Positions 37,580-49,787 of a DNA stretch of 64,000 bases are shown here, one piece after another (position 1 is the stretch's first letter; every line of letters starts with the position of its first letter). The stretch is from Narcine bancroftii (Eukaryota). The DNA lies in the NCBI RefSeq assembly GCF_036971445.1, contig NC_091475.1:175832001-175896000 (forward strand), in the 5' to 3' direction. Made by a program: the position numbers and the translations under genes. The notes beneath the pieces are model-generated. The model did not search any database. It was not told the origin of the DNA and saw nothing but the letters and a program-made list of their open reading frames with translations.

Positions 37580-39398
37580 CTGCAAATAAAAGCTTGTAAT
37601 TACAAATTTACTCCACCATTGTTAACTAAGCCTATTAAAATAATCTCCAATGTAAATCATTTCCTTTGAAGATTGGCTCTAGCTGTAGTCTGTTCTATTT
37701 CTCAAATGCAATTTCACTCCTGATTAATCACCTCTTTTGTTTGCTTTAAGCTTTTGTCCTTTTTGGCTCAACTTGCTTGCTTCTTCTGACATTATTGTGA
37801 TCTGATTAAGTGGAATAAAGAAAGACCACCATGGTATTTTACAAATGAGAATAATGGAGCCTATTTTTAAGAATAAGAAGGTTTTTTTGATAATCAAAAG
37901 TGTTTTTGCTATAATAACTCACACGGATCCTTTCTACTATATTTCAGATAGAAAATGCAGAAAACTGTAAATTGAAACACACCAATTATTAAACCTCATT
38001 CTATTAAAGATCTTGTTTCACATATGTTGGAAAGGAAAAGTAAACAACCTTCTCCAAACGTATCTAGTTTGTTCATACCACTGAAATGTCAATATAGTTC
38101 AGTCATTCTCGTAGCCATTATCTTACTCCATACAACTTGGAGTGAATGAGCAAATGAGCAGAAATATCCATGGCAGATTTATCACATACTAAGGAAAAAG
38201 TTTCATATTGTGCTATCAATATCCACTTTATACAAACCATTATAGATAGCAACCAATTAGAAGGTCAAATATGTTATCAGGAGATAAATCTATCATTGCT
38301 TATTCAAAAAGCTTTCAGAGAATTTACATTTATGATATGAAACCTTCACTTACCAAAATGTTTGCAGCAGTGCCGATTAACATGCTCGTATTATACAAAC
38401 AGTAAAAATTAATTATATCTCACACCCTTAGCATGATAAACAAAAAAAATTTAATTACAAAGATTTACTTTTTAAGAGTTTCAATCAATCAAAATATCTG
38501 TAATAATGATTTTAAAAATTGTAAACGTGACAACAAAGGATGCGCTTAGGACTGTGCCCCAAATATCAGTATTTGTCTTCACTGGTTTGATATTTATAAG
38601 AATAGAATGATCAGTTCTCATCCCAGAACCCTAGGAAATGGGTCAGTTTAATATCAGCATCACTTTGTTGTGAGCTTTTACCGTCTAATTTTCAAGATTG
38701 TATAAACCACAGAGTCCTTGCAGGTGACATATTGGAGTGTCTCCAGACCACAGATGTAAATATGCAGGTGTGGAAAGACAGTGAACTGGTAAGGTTCTGA
38801 CAGCCTCATACATCTTATTTCTGACAGCACAGTACATAACACACAAGGGTCCCACTGTACATAGCAACCATATTAGATTTAAAGCAATGAGCTCTCTGAG
38901 TATTAGACAATGTACTTTATAAGGATTCTCGTCTCCTAGACAATGTGGCACTGAGTTACAAAGGTAGCAGACTCCCGCATAATACATCATGTTTATTGCT
39001 TCTTCACAGGAGGTGAGTGAGATTCTTTCCAAAGCTTGAGAGCATTCCGCAATGTTTAACTATATTGCTCCCAAACTAACCACACTGTCCATCTTCTACA
39101 AAGGGAAAGTATTCATTTACTTGCTGAAGAGCAAAATTTACAATGCTGGTAACAATCTGCTGCAACCAGAAGAAAAAGTCACATACATAGTGAAATTCAT
39201 AACAGAATTTAAACACAAATACAGTTTGTAAAAACTTAAACAAATTGCACAAAACTGTGACGACCCAATTATTTTGAGGTGGTAAGCAAAGTTTTTAACT
39301 TAGTTGAAAGATTTTCAAGATATATGTGACCAGGTTTAAGTAATGGTTACAAGGTTTAAATAGTGGGAGATTGAAAATGAAAATTAAATTTAATATAC

Positions 39399-39438
39399 CT
39401 TTTAGACCTGGAAGCTGGGAAGTTAAAGTCAATGCTTT
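39399..39438 (-). CDS. 40-nt coding exon KALTLTSQLPGLK(G)
   Basis: ttattgttttag acceptor, AAG/gtatat donor; phase 0 to 1, joins the terminal exon in frame. Confidence 0.65.
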
Positions 39439-40465
39439 CTAAAACAATAAACAAGTTTTGGATACATCATTACCACTAAATGTTACTTCGCAATATTAAA
39501 TAGAGAAACAAAATCTGCTGCAGTTTTAAATCGTGGAAGGAACTCCATGGGATCAGACAGCATTTTTGTGCTTGAGGTAGATTTTCAATTCTATTAGTCT
39601 GTCCCTAGTTTTTAAACAGCATGAATTGGGCAGGATAAAGACTGAGCAGTTTGAAATGGGTTTTTCAACAGTTTCACACTTGGGGAGGAGAAGTCAAGTT
39701 CTGGAAAATGGCTTGGGCGACATCTCCATGAAAGCACAAATCTGCAGAGAAATGCGTACAATTTGTATCCAATATAGCCCTCATTGTGAGCGTGTGGCTT
39801 CATTAAACTCTTTGGGCACTGTGATTCACAGTGTTGAGATACATACTGAGATTCTACATGCCCTTGATGCCCTCAGAAGGATTGGTGGGGAATAAATTGC
39901 CTTTGACCAATAGTCAGGGGGCTCAAAAAATGATCCTCAAGGACCTATAAGAGAATCAGACAATGGATTCCCTCAGATGATTCTCCGAGTAAACTGCCCA
40001 AAACCCAAGTGCCAAACTGCCACAGAATTAGAATTTTTAAAAAAGCACCAAGACCTTGATTGGTTGGTTATGAGCAGAGCCTTTAATCAGATTCTGCATG
40101 CACACCCAAGTCTCACTGTCACTACAGCTTCCTTTTTTTTTAAAATTTTTTATTTTTCACACCATAAATCACAATAGCCATGATATACACTTTTTCTTTT
40201 CCACACATTTACAGTGACTTTTTCTCCCTCCCCCCTCCCTCCTCCCAAGCCACCCCCCCACCCCCCCCCTCTCATCCATTTTAGGTATACAATCTAGGTT
40301 GCATTAATTCAGTTAGACAATGTTGTCATTCAACAAAAATACACCAGAAATTCTACTGAGTCCATTCTTTTCTTTTCTTCTCCTTCCATCAACTTAGGTA
40401 ATGTTTGTTCCCGGTAGGTTTTCGCTATTGTATTTAATGTAAGGCTCCCATACTTGTTCGAATAT

Positions 40466-43400
40466 TTAAATATTATTTCTTAAACTATATGTTATTTTTT
40501 CTAATGGAATACATTTATTCATTTCTATATACCATTGTTGTATTTTCAAATTATCTTCCATTTTCCAGGTTGACATAATACATTTTTTTGCTACGGCTAG
40601 GGCTATCTTGACAAATCTTTTTTGTGCATCTTCCAAGTCAATTCCAAATTCTTTATTTTTTATGTTACTTAGGAGAAAGATCTCTGGATTCTTTGGTATA
40701 TTGTTTTCTGTTATTTTATTTAATATCTGATTGAGATCATCCCAAAATTTTTCTACTCTCTCACATGTCCAGATTGCATGAATTGTTGTTCCCCTTTCTT
40801 TTTTACATCGAAAACATCTATCAGATACTGTTGGGTCCCATTTATTTAACTTTTGCGGTGTAATGTATAGTCTGTGTAACCAATTATATTGTATCATACG
40901 CAGCCTCGTATTTATTGTATTTCTCATCGTTCCAGAGCATAACTTCTCCCATGTTTCCTTTTTTATCTTTATATTTAAATCTTGTTCCCATTTTTGTTTA
41001 GTTTTACCATTTGTTTCCTCATTCTCCTTTTCTTGCAGTTTAATATACATATTTTTTATAAATCTTTTGATTAACATTGTATCTGTAATCACATATTCAA
41101 GGTTACTTCCCTCTGGTAAACTCAAGTTGCTTCCTAATTTATCTTTCAAGTAGGATCTCAGTTGGTAATATGCCAGCGCTGTATCTCCAGTTATATTGTA
41201 CTTATCTCTCATTTGTTCAAAGGATAAGAATCTACTTCCTGAAAAACAATTTTCTATTCTTTTAATCCCTTTTTTTTCCCATTTTCTAAAGGCAAGGTTG
41301 TCTATTGTAAAAGGGAGTAGCTTATTTTGCGTCAATATTAGTTTTGGTATTTGGTAATTTATTTTATTTCTTTCTACATGAATCTTCTTCCATATATTGA
41401 GGAGATGGTGTAATACTGGAGAAGTTCTATGTTGTACCAATTTTTCGTCCCATTTATATAATATGTGTTCAGGTATCTTTTCCCCTATTTTATCTAATTC
41501 TAGTCTCGTCCAGTCTGGTTTTTCCCTTGTTTGATAAAAATCTGATAGGTACCTTAATTGTGCGGCTCTATAATAATTTTTGAAGTTTGGCAATTGTAAG
41601 CCTCTTTGTTTATACCATTCTGTTAATTTATCTAGTGCTATCCTCGGTTTCCCCCCTCTCCATAAAAATCTCCTTATTATTTTCTTTAACTCTTTGAAGA
41701 ATTTTTCTGTCAGTTGTATTGGCAATGCCTGAAATAAGTATAGTATCCTTGGAAAAATGTTCATTTTAATACAGTTTATCCTTCCTATCAGTGTTAGTGG
41801 TAGCTCTTTCCAATGCTCTAAATCGTCCTGTAATTTTTTCATTAGTGGATTGTAATTGAGTTTATATAATTGGCCTAGATTTTTGTTTATTTGCACACCT
41901 AGGTATCTTATTGCCTGCGTTTGCCATCTGAATGGGGATTCCTCCTTAAATTTTGAGAAATCCGCGTTATTCATAGGCATTGCTTCACTTTTATTTACGT
42001 TTATCTTGTATCCCGACACTTCTCCATATTCCTTCAATTTCTTATATAGTTCTTTTATTGATAGTTCTGGTTCTGTTAAGTACACTATCACATCATCCGC
42101 AAACAGACTGATTTTATATTCCCTGTCTTTTATTTTTATTCCTTTTATATTATTATCTCTTCTTATCGATTCTGCTAGTGGTTCTATAGCTAGCGCAAAC
42201 AATAATGGTGATAGTGGGCATCCCTGCCGCGTTGACCTGCTTAAGTTAAATTGCTTTGATACATGTCCATTTACTGTCACTTTCGCTAACGGTCCCTTAT
42301 ATAATGCTTTAATCCAATTAATATACTTCTCCGGTAAACTGAATTTTTGCAATACTTTGAACAAGTAATTCCATTCTACTCTGTCGAAGGCCTTCTCTGC
42401 GTCTAAAGCAACTGCTACTGCCGGTGCTTTATTTCCTTCTACTGCATGAATTAAGTTAATAAATTTACAAATATTGTCTGTTGTGCGTCTTTTTTTGATA
42501 AATCCAGTTTGGTCTAAATTTACCATTTTCGGTACCTGTTCTGCTAATCTGTTCGCTAATAGTTTAGCTATTATCTTATAATCTGTGTTTAGCAGAGATA
42601 TTGGTCTATATGACGCTGGTGAGAGTGGATCTTTCCCTTGTTTTAGTATCACTGTAATTATTGCTGTTTTACATGAATCTGGTAAGTTTTGTGTCTCATC
42701 AATCTGGTTGATTACATCCAGGAGGGGCGGTATTATTAGGTCTTTAAATGTTTTGTAGAATTCTATTGGGAGTCCATCCTCTCCTGGTGTCTTATTATTT
42801 GGTAAATTTTTTATTATCTCTTGTATTTCTACTGTTCCAAATGGTTCTGTTAATTTATTTTGTTCCTCTATTTGTAGTTTTGGTAGTTCAATTTTAGTCA
42901 AAAATTCATCTATTTTCCCTTCTTTCCCTTCGTTTTCGGTTCGGTATAATTGTTCATAGAATTCTCTGAAGTTTTCCTTAATTTCTTTTGGATTATATGT
43001 AATTTGTTTGTCTTTTTTCCTTGTTGCCAATACCATTTTCTTAGTTTGCTCTGTCTTAAGCTGCCATGCTAAGATTTTGTGTGTTTTTTCACCTAGTTCA
43101 TAATATTTCTGTTTTGTCTTCATTATATTCTTCTCCACCTTATATGTTTGTAATGTTTCATATTTTATTTTTTTATCCGCCAATTCTCTTCTTTTGGTTG
43201 TATCTTCCTTTATTGCTAATTTTTTTTCTATGTTTATTATTTCCCTTTCCAACTGCTCTGTTTCCTGGTTATAGTCCTTCTTCATCTTGGTTGCATAACT
43301 TATTATTTGCCCTCTAATGAATGCTTTCATTGCGTCCCATAGTATAAACTTATCTTCCACTGATTCCGTATTTACTTCAAAGTACATTTTTAATTGTTTT

Positions 43401-44191
43401 TCAATAAATTCTCTAAAATCCTGTCTTTTAAGTAGCATGGGGTTTAATCTCCATCTATACATTCTTGGAGGGATGTCCTCTAGCTCCATTGCCAATAACA
43501 GGGGTGAGTGGTCCGATAATAGTCTAGCTTTATATTCCGTTTTCCTAACTCTCCCTTGAATGTGGGCTGATAACAGGAATAGGTCTATCCTTGAGTATGT
43601 TTTATGTCTAGTCGAGTAGTATGAGTATTCCTTTTCTTTTGGGTTTTGTTTCCTCCATATGTCCACAAGTTTCATTTCTTGCATTGATTTAATTATAAAT
43701 TTGGTTACTTTGTTCTTCCTGTTAATTTTTTTCCCCGTTTTATCCATATTTGGATCCAAATTCAGATTGAAATCCCCTCCTATTAGTATGTTCCCTTGCG
43801 TATTAGCTACCTTCAAAAAGATATCTTGCATAAACTTTTGATCTTCTTCGTTAGGTGAATATATATTAAGTAGATTCCAAAGCTCTGAATATATCTGACA
43901 TTTTATCATAACATATCTCCCTGCTGGATCTATTATTTCCTCTTCTATTTTAAATGGCACATTTTTGCTAATTAATATAGCCACTCCTCTTGCTTTTGAA
44001 TTATACGATGCTGCTGTTACATGTCCTACCCAATCTCTCTTTAATTTCTTGTGCTCCAATTCAGTTAAGTGTGTTTCTTGGACAAATGCTATATCTATTT
44101 TTTCCTTTTTCAGTAAATTTAGTAGTTTCTTCCTTTTAATTTGGTTATGTATTCCATTAATATTTAGAGTCATATAGTTCAGCGTAGCCAT
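40466..44191 (-). CDS. L1 ORF2 (APE endonuclease, reverse transcriptase, C-terminal zinc knuckle), 1241 aa
   Basis: Motifs LNINGI, QETH, GGDFN, SDHS, YRPISLLN, RQGCPLSP, FADD, CFRC..HAIWTC. Confidence 0.97.
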   Translation of the reverse strand: MATLNYMTLNINGIHNQIKRKKLLNLLKKEKIDIAFVQETHLTELEHKKLKRDWVGHVTAASYNSKARGVAILISKNVPFKIEEEIIDPAGRYVMIKCQIYSELWNLLNIYSPNEEDQKFMQDIFLKVANTQGNILIGGDFNLNLDPNMDKTGKKINRKNKVTKFIIKSMQEMKLVDIWRKQNPKEKEYSYYSTRHKTYSRIDLFLLSAHIQGRVRKTEYKARLLSDHSPLLLAMELEDIPPRMYRWRLNPMLLKRQDFREFIEKQLKMYFEVNTESVEDKFILWDAMKAFIRGQIISYATKMKKDYNQETEQLEREIINIEKKLAIKEDTTKRRELADKKIKYETLQTYKVEKNIMKTKQKYYELGEKTHKILAWQLKTEQTKKMVLATRKKDKQITYNPKEIKENFREFYEQLYRTENEGKEGKIDEFLTKIELPKLQIEEQNKLTEPFGTVEIQEIIKNLPNNKTPGEDGLPIEFYKTFKDLIIPPLLDVINQIDETQNLPDSCKTAIITVILKQGKDPLSPASYRPISLLNTDYKIIAKLLANRLAEQVPKMVNLDQTGFIKKRRTTDNICKFINLIHAVEGNKAPAVAVALDAEKAFDRVEWNYLFKVLQKFSLPEKYINWIKALYKGPLAKVTVNGHVSKQFNLSRSTRQGCPLSPLLFALAIEPLAESIRRDNNIKGIKIKDREYKISLFADDVIVYLTEPELSIKELYKKLKEYGEVSGYKINVNKSEAMPMNNADFSKFKEESPFRWQTQAIRYLGVQINKNLGQLYKLNYNPLMKKLQDDLEHWKELPLTLIGRINCIKMNIFPRILYLFQALPIQLTEKFFKELKKIIRRFLWRGGKPRIALDKLTEWYKQRGLQLPNFKNYYRAAQLRYLSDFYQTREKPDWTRLELDKIGEKIPEHILYKWDEKLVQHRTSPVLHHLLNIWKKIHVERNKINYQIPKLILTQNKLLPFTIDNLAFRKWEKKGIKRIENCFSGSRFLSFEQMRDKYNITGDTALAYYQLRSYLKDKLGSNLSLPEGSNLEYVITDTMLIKRFIKNMYIKLQEKENEETNGKTKQKWEQDLNIKIKKETWEKLCSGTMRNTINTRLRMIQYNWLHRLYITPQKLNKWDPTVSDRCFRCKKERGTTIHAIWTCERVEKFWDDLNQILNKITENNIPKNPEIFLLSNIKNKEFGIDLEDAQKRFVKIALAVAKKCIMSTWKMEDNLKIQQWYIEMNKCIPLEKITYSLRNNI

Positions 44192-44789
44192 TTTATATTT
44201 TGTTTATCTTCTCTTTCCGTTTTTCCATCATTACCTTTCCTCCTTTTCCATTTCTGTTTTCTTATTTTCAACTCTTTACCAGACAACATTCCTACAACAT
44301 CCAACATTTTCCTTATTCTCCTATTTCTATCTTCTTTATCCCCAGTCTCCCCTTCCCCTCCTGAGTTGCCCTTTATCCCTTGTCGGACAACCACATCTCC
44401 CCTCTCCATTTGGATTTGCGAATCCACTCGCAAGCGTCAACTGATTTTGCAGTGACCGCTCTTTTCCCCCACCCAGCCCCCCCAGAAAAGATTTCGCTTT
44501 TTATATGTCACAAAGGTCACTCTTTTAATTCCCTCCTTATTCTCTCTATTCCATTACCTTCTCTTATTAATTCTTGTCTATACTCTCTATGTTTTCCTCT
44601 AATTACAGATACTTTCACATATGCCCATTGTCTCTATTCACTCTTATACCTCTTTACCCGCATACATATCAATCGTGGTCATTTTTACCCTCCTTACCCT
44701 TCTTCATCCCTCAGTCTATTTTTGTCTTTACCCACATACATATCAATCGTGATAATTTTTGCTCTCATTACCCGTCTTCATCCCTCAGT

Positions 44790-45635
44790 CTATTTTTGTA
44801 ATTGTTCTGCAAATTTTCGTGCTTCTTCTGGATCCGAGAATAGTCTGTTTTGTTGTCCTGGAATAAATATTTTCAATACCGCAGGATGCTTCAGTGTAAA
44901 TTTATATCCTTTCTTCCATAAAATCGCTTTTGCTGTATTGAACTCTTTTCTCTTCTTTAGGAGTTCAAAGCTTATATCTGGATAAATGAAGATTTTTTGC
45001 CCTTTATACTCCAGTGGTTTGTTGCCCTCTCTTACTTTTTCCATTGTCTTCTCCAGTACCTTTTCTCTTGTAGTATATCTTAGGAATTTTACTACAATAG
45101 ATCTTGGTTTTTGTTGTGGTTGTGGTTTAGGGGCCAATGCTCTATGTGCCCTTTCTATTTCCATTTCTTGCTGTAGTTCTGGACATCCTAGGGCCTTAGG
45201 GATCCATTCTTTTATAAACTCCCTCATATTCTTGCCTTCTTCATCTTCCTTAAGGCCCACTATCTTTATGTTATTTCTTCTGTTATAATTTTCCATTATA
45301 TCTATTTTTTGGGCTAGTAATTCTTGTGTCTCTTTAGTTTTTTTATTAGATTCCTCCAATTTCTTTTTTAAGTCTTCTACCTCCATTTCTGCTGCTATTG
45401 CCCGCTCTTCCATCTTGTCCATTTTTTTCCCCATTTCTGTTAAGGTCATATCCATTTTATTTATTTTCTCTTCTGTGTTGTTTATTCTTCTTCTTAAATC
45501 ATTGAATTCCTGTGTTTGCCATTCTTTAAATGACTCCATGTATCCTCTAACAAGAGCAAGTATATCCTTTACCTTGCCTTTCCCTTTATCTATTTCACTG
45601 TACTCTTCCTCTTCTTCTTCCTCTGGGTTGACCAT
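44790..45635 (-). CDS. L1 ORF1 (coiled coil, RRM, CTD; Transposase_22-like)
   Basis: ENYNRRNNIKIVGLKE, IERAHR, PRSIVVKFLRY and IFIYPDIS motifs. Confidence 0.95.
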   Translation of the reverse strand: MVNPEEEEEEEYSEIDKGKGKVKDILALVRGYMESFKEWQTQEFNDLRRRINNTEEKINKMDMTLTEMGKKMDKMEERAIAAEMEVEDLKKKLEESNKKTKETQELLAQKIDIMENYNRRNNIKIVGLKEDEEGKNMREFIKEWIPKALGCPELQQEMEIERAHRALAPKPQPQQKPRSIVVKFLRYTTREKVLEKTMEKVREGNKPLEYKGQKIFIYPDISFELLKKRKEFNTAKAILWKKGYKFTLKHPAVLKIFIPGQQNRLFSDPEEARKFAEQLQK

Positions 45636-46439
45636 CTGTTGTTTCTTTGCTGCCCTTTCCTCCTCTTCTTTCTTGTTTCCATTGTCTTCTGTGGTCTCTT
45701 CTTGCTGCAGGTGTTCTGCAGCTGTCGTTGCCGGCTGTGGAGATCGACTCCCCAGCTGGTCCCCCCTCCCGTCGGTGTGTTTTTTTTCATGCGCGGTTGC
45801 GCACTTTTACTCGGCTCTGTGAGCCATTGTTGTAGTTCTTTTTCTACCGACCTGAGGTAGTGGGCTCCTCTCTCCACAGCGGGCCTCTTCGGACAGGTAA
45901 GGCCTTCACCTTTTTCCTCCGTTGTCTTCTCTTCCTCTCTTCTTTCCGTTGATTTTGATTTTTCTCCTTTTGTCTCCATCTTCTTTCCACCTTTATACTC
46001 ACTTTTCTTTAACTTGTATTTCTGTGCCTTTGTATTTTCTCTTGTTTTTCCCGACTTTTCTGGAGAGGGCTGGAGTTCACCGTCCGGCCACTACTCCATC
46101 ACGTGACTCCCCCCACTACAGCTTCCTTGAGGTGGGTGCAATGGGGCAAGACTGTTGCCCAACCACTTCTGGAATGTGTGCTTGCCAAGGAACAGAGTAG
46201 CAGTGGATTTTGTCATACTGTTCGTACCAAGCTGCTTAATGACAGGATCTCCATTTCATGGGCTTAATGACAGGATCTCCATTTCATGGGCTAATATAAT
46301 GGTGCACACAGAGATCAAAAGTAGGTGCTGCTAAAAGGTTACAAAAGTCATCCTTTGATTTGCCCAAACATTGCTGATCTTCCAGGGCACGTAGTTGCCT
46401 ACAACTGAATGTTGCTGACTGGTCCAGTTCTACACAATG

Positions 46440-46546
46440 ATGGGGTGCTGGTCAGTGGGACTAGGAGGGTGGGGATTTGTTACGGCATGGACTAGTAGGG
46501 CTGAACTGGCCTGTTCTGTGCTGTAAGTGGTTATAGGGTTATATGG
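46440..46546 (+). mobile_element. CR1 3' UTR fragment
   Basis: Near-identical to the reverse complement of 13657-13755. Confidence 0.85.
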
Positions 46547-49500
46547 AAGTGGTGTACAAAAAGCACTATAGAGAAGACCAGATTTAAAGCTTTCCTGTCT
46601 TTGCATATTGAGAGGCTGGTACTTCTTAAAAAAACCTCTGTCTGTTTGCTCAGGAAGTTATGTGAAGGAAAACTAATGTCATGCTGATATAATGTAAATG
46701 AAATGTTACGCCTTGCACTGAGAATGGCAACATATGAATGTAATGTATTTTATATTTGTAAAGGTTGTTCTATTTCTGAAATTTAAACAATCTTAGACAG
46801 CAGGATTTCTGGTCCTCTTGGTTCCACTACGGAATTCACTTTAAACTCCAGCAGCCTTACTGATTTTCAAAAGCTTTAGCAGTTCCATGCTGAGGACCAG
46901 GTTAAAATGTCATTGGGATCCCATGAATGTCATGACCCCCATTTACATTTACTAATGAGGCTACCTTAGTGCTATTCTAACCTCCTCTGTTGGTCACGAG
47001 GAAGTTGGCAACTGCCAGGCAGGATCAGGAGCGCAGAGCTTGCTCTGTTTTGACTTCCCTGCACCATTGTTACCAGTCAATCAGAATCAACATTCCCAGT
47101 TCTTGCTCAGAGAAGCACTTAAAATTACAAAAAAGCCTCCATACATGGGATGCATTATTCTAAGTATGCTGCATTGACATTGCAAAGGAGAACGGTGAGA
47201 TTAAGTCACTTCTGGTATGCAGCATTTGACTTCGAGAGTGACTAAGTTATCAAAAACGACACAAGTAATTAAAACTTGCTCTTAAAAAGAGAATATATTT
47301 AAAAATCTTTACACTGCTCTTGAAAAGTATAAAAAATTAAATTACAAAAGCAATGATTCACAAATACAAAAACATAATAATATAAATCAGAAAAAAAAAA
47401 TCCTAAACCCAAACAGCCAATAAGTCAACCTGATTTCGAAACTGTCTGAAATATGCATTTTCAGATTGGGTTTAATGACTGTATTAGCCAAGGTTGAAGT
47501 ATTCACCAGAGTGAGAACTCTTTTGTAGGTTAATGGAAAGAATGGGGAGAAAACAGAAAAGAAAGTTCATGTTGGATAAATATAAATGCTGGATGTGCAG
47601 GTTTGAAATATTCTTGTAACATTTAGCTTTCAGTGCTAAACTGATACTCAAATCGCATTTGCCTAAGTGCTCCCTTTACAGAGTAAGATGCCATTTGTTA
47701 CAAACAATATGTTGAAGTTATTGATTAAGCTTTCCTGCATGTTTCTCTATAGCCTTTCTTTTCTAGTGGTTGGTTATTTGTGCCTTGATCTCTCTCAAAA
47801 GAAAGAAGAATATAATACCCACAGTGGTACTTCTTTTTAAAACATCAAAATGATTAAAATGGGCAGAATGACTGCAACCAAACTAAACATTATTACTAAC
47901 AGGTTCATGTCAGTCTATTGTTTTGCAATATAGCCATAGGATGCAGACTGGTTAAAGGATGGAGACTGATTAATAAGCTGTTGGCTTTATGATAATCACA
48001 AATATTGGGCATAATTAACCAACGAATAATATGAAGCTAAAACCCTTTGATGAAAATAATGTGGACTGCTCCAGACATTTTTGAAGAGCACTTGTGCATC
48101 AAGTAGCAAGGAAATGACTATCTTCACAAAGAAGCTCCGTATCAGAGGGGAAAGTATTGCAGAACTCATTTCATCAACCCTCAAATATTTTCACTTGAAC
48201 ACAAGACTCTGTGATAACAATGTCATTTCAGAGAAGAAAGAAGAAATTACACTGTGAAAATTATGTTATAAACAAAGAAAAATAACTTGAATCCAAAGGT
48301 CATTTAATATAGATGACGAGGCAAAAACTAGTGCCTGGATTTCACTCACTTAACACTAACACTACGTTTATTTTGCCAGGCAAGAAAACTGCTCTCCGAG
48401 AAGTAGGAAATTAAATCTTAGGAAATTTAAGAAATGCATCAAATTAAAGTCTGCAAAACTGTGGGACACAAGTCTTTACCAATTTAAAAATCATCTATCT
48501 GGATGTGACAGGCACAAAAAGTGAAAGTAAACTCAAAGTTCAGGAATGAATTAGGAGGCAAGTGACCAGCCACCCGTTGCCCTGGCATTGTTTGAAATAA
48601 AGCCACTGCTGTAGAAACCAAGGACACCACTCTGTCATGCTCCCCATCATCTGCAAACACTGCTTCCATGTCTAAGCTGACAACAACTTGCTCAGCTGCA
48701 CTATTCTATTACGTGAATCCTTCCACTGTCTATAAATTGTCAGCCCTTGACCGACATAAAACAGAAACCTCTTCCAATCGGTATTAGGGAAACTAAAGGA
48801 ATCATCCCCCTCAGTGCAATTGTTGAATTTTAAAGTTATGTCTGTCAAATCAAATTCATTCACCTCCATCCCAATGTTTTCTGATCTAAATCGAGTCGAC
48901 TCTTGCTTAAGCACTAGCTCAATTTTTATCCTTGCATTCATCCTTCCACTCTGTTATGACTAACTGCTTCCATGCCTACAATCAGTACTCCTCTAATCCT
49001 GGCCTCCTTAAGTCCCCCAAAATGGATACTGTGCTTTTGGAAGCCATGGTCCTAAGTGCAGATTGTTTTCTCTAATTTATTTTATTTTTTCCTTCAAGAC
49101 AAGGCAATGATGCTGGCTCAAACCACCAAATTTCATGATTTGTTCACGACGGTAAATTTTGATTCCCTAAGCCTACCTCCTTGGCCAAAACTTTGGTCAT
49201 ATTCTCTCTTGAATAACAGTTTCTTGACATTGCAACTTCTTGTTTTACCAGTCATTTTAAGCAGATTTATTTTGGGGAAAAAGGGACCTTATGGATGCAA
49301 ATTCAAAGTGCATTTCACCATTAGTCCACCTCTTTCATACAGAGGGAATTAATAATTCACGGGAAATTTACTAAAATGCAATTTTACAATAAAGTCATAA
49401 AAAGAAAAAAGAAAGAAAACATTAGATAAATGACATTAACTTACTGAATCAATTTACTTAGTCTGCACATGAAATTAGTTTTTCAACAGCACAATCCTTA

Positions 49501-49787
49501 ACAGAAACTGAGGCCCTTTCTACGATTGTTTGAAACTAATGTCTCTTTCACCAAATTATCAAGAAATACTACAATCCCAAAATGAATATTCAATTTAAAT
49601 TCCCACTTCCCCGATTAGAGAGCCACATTTGCCAGACATGGCAAATTACAGATGATATAAATTGAGAGGTTATCTAGCACAAATCTCTCTGCCTAATATC
49701 CAGTCAAGTCTTCAGATTTGCATTAATAGATCAAATAAATCAGACTATAAAATTAAGAGTTATGTGCTTGGTTTTCCAATATAATCT

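Larger units (their letters stand above)
40133..46113 (-). mobile_element. Full-length L1-clade LINE
   Basis: 5' GGGGGAGTCACGTG start, ORF1, ORF2, G-rich 3' UTR, AATAAA, poly(A); TSD cactacagcttcc(tt) at 40120-40134 and 46114-46128. Confidence 0.97.

Noticed and set aside
40863-46200. Several plus-strand ORFs over the L1
   Set aside because: Antisense shadows of A-rich L1 ORFs.
47996-48941. Three minus-strand ORFs of 61-89 aa as host exons
   Set aside because: No compatible splice sites or recognisable motifs; probably decayed repeat or chance.
47429-49463. Extra 18-nt (about 49445-49462) and 16-nt (about 47430-47445) minus-strand micro-exon candidates allowing an alternative frame
   Set aside because: Weak splice sites and risk of overfitting; the simpler model is preferred, but RNA-seq could revive them.
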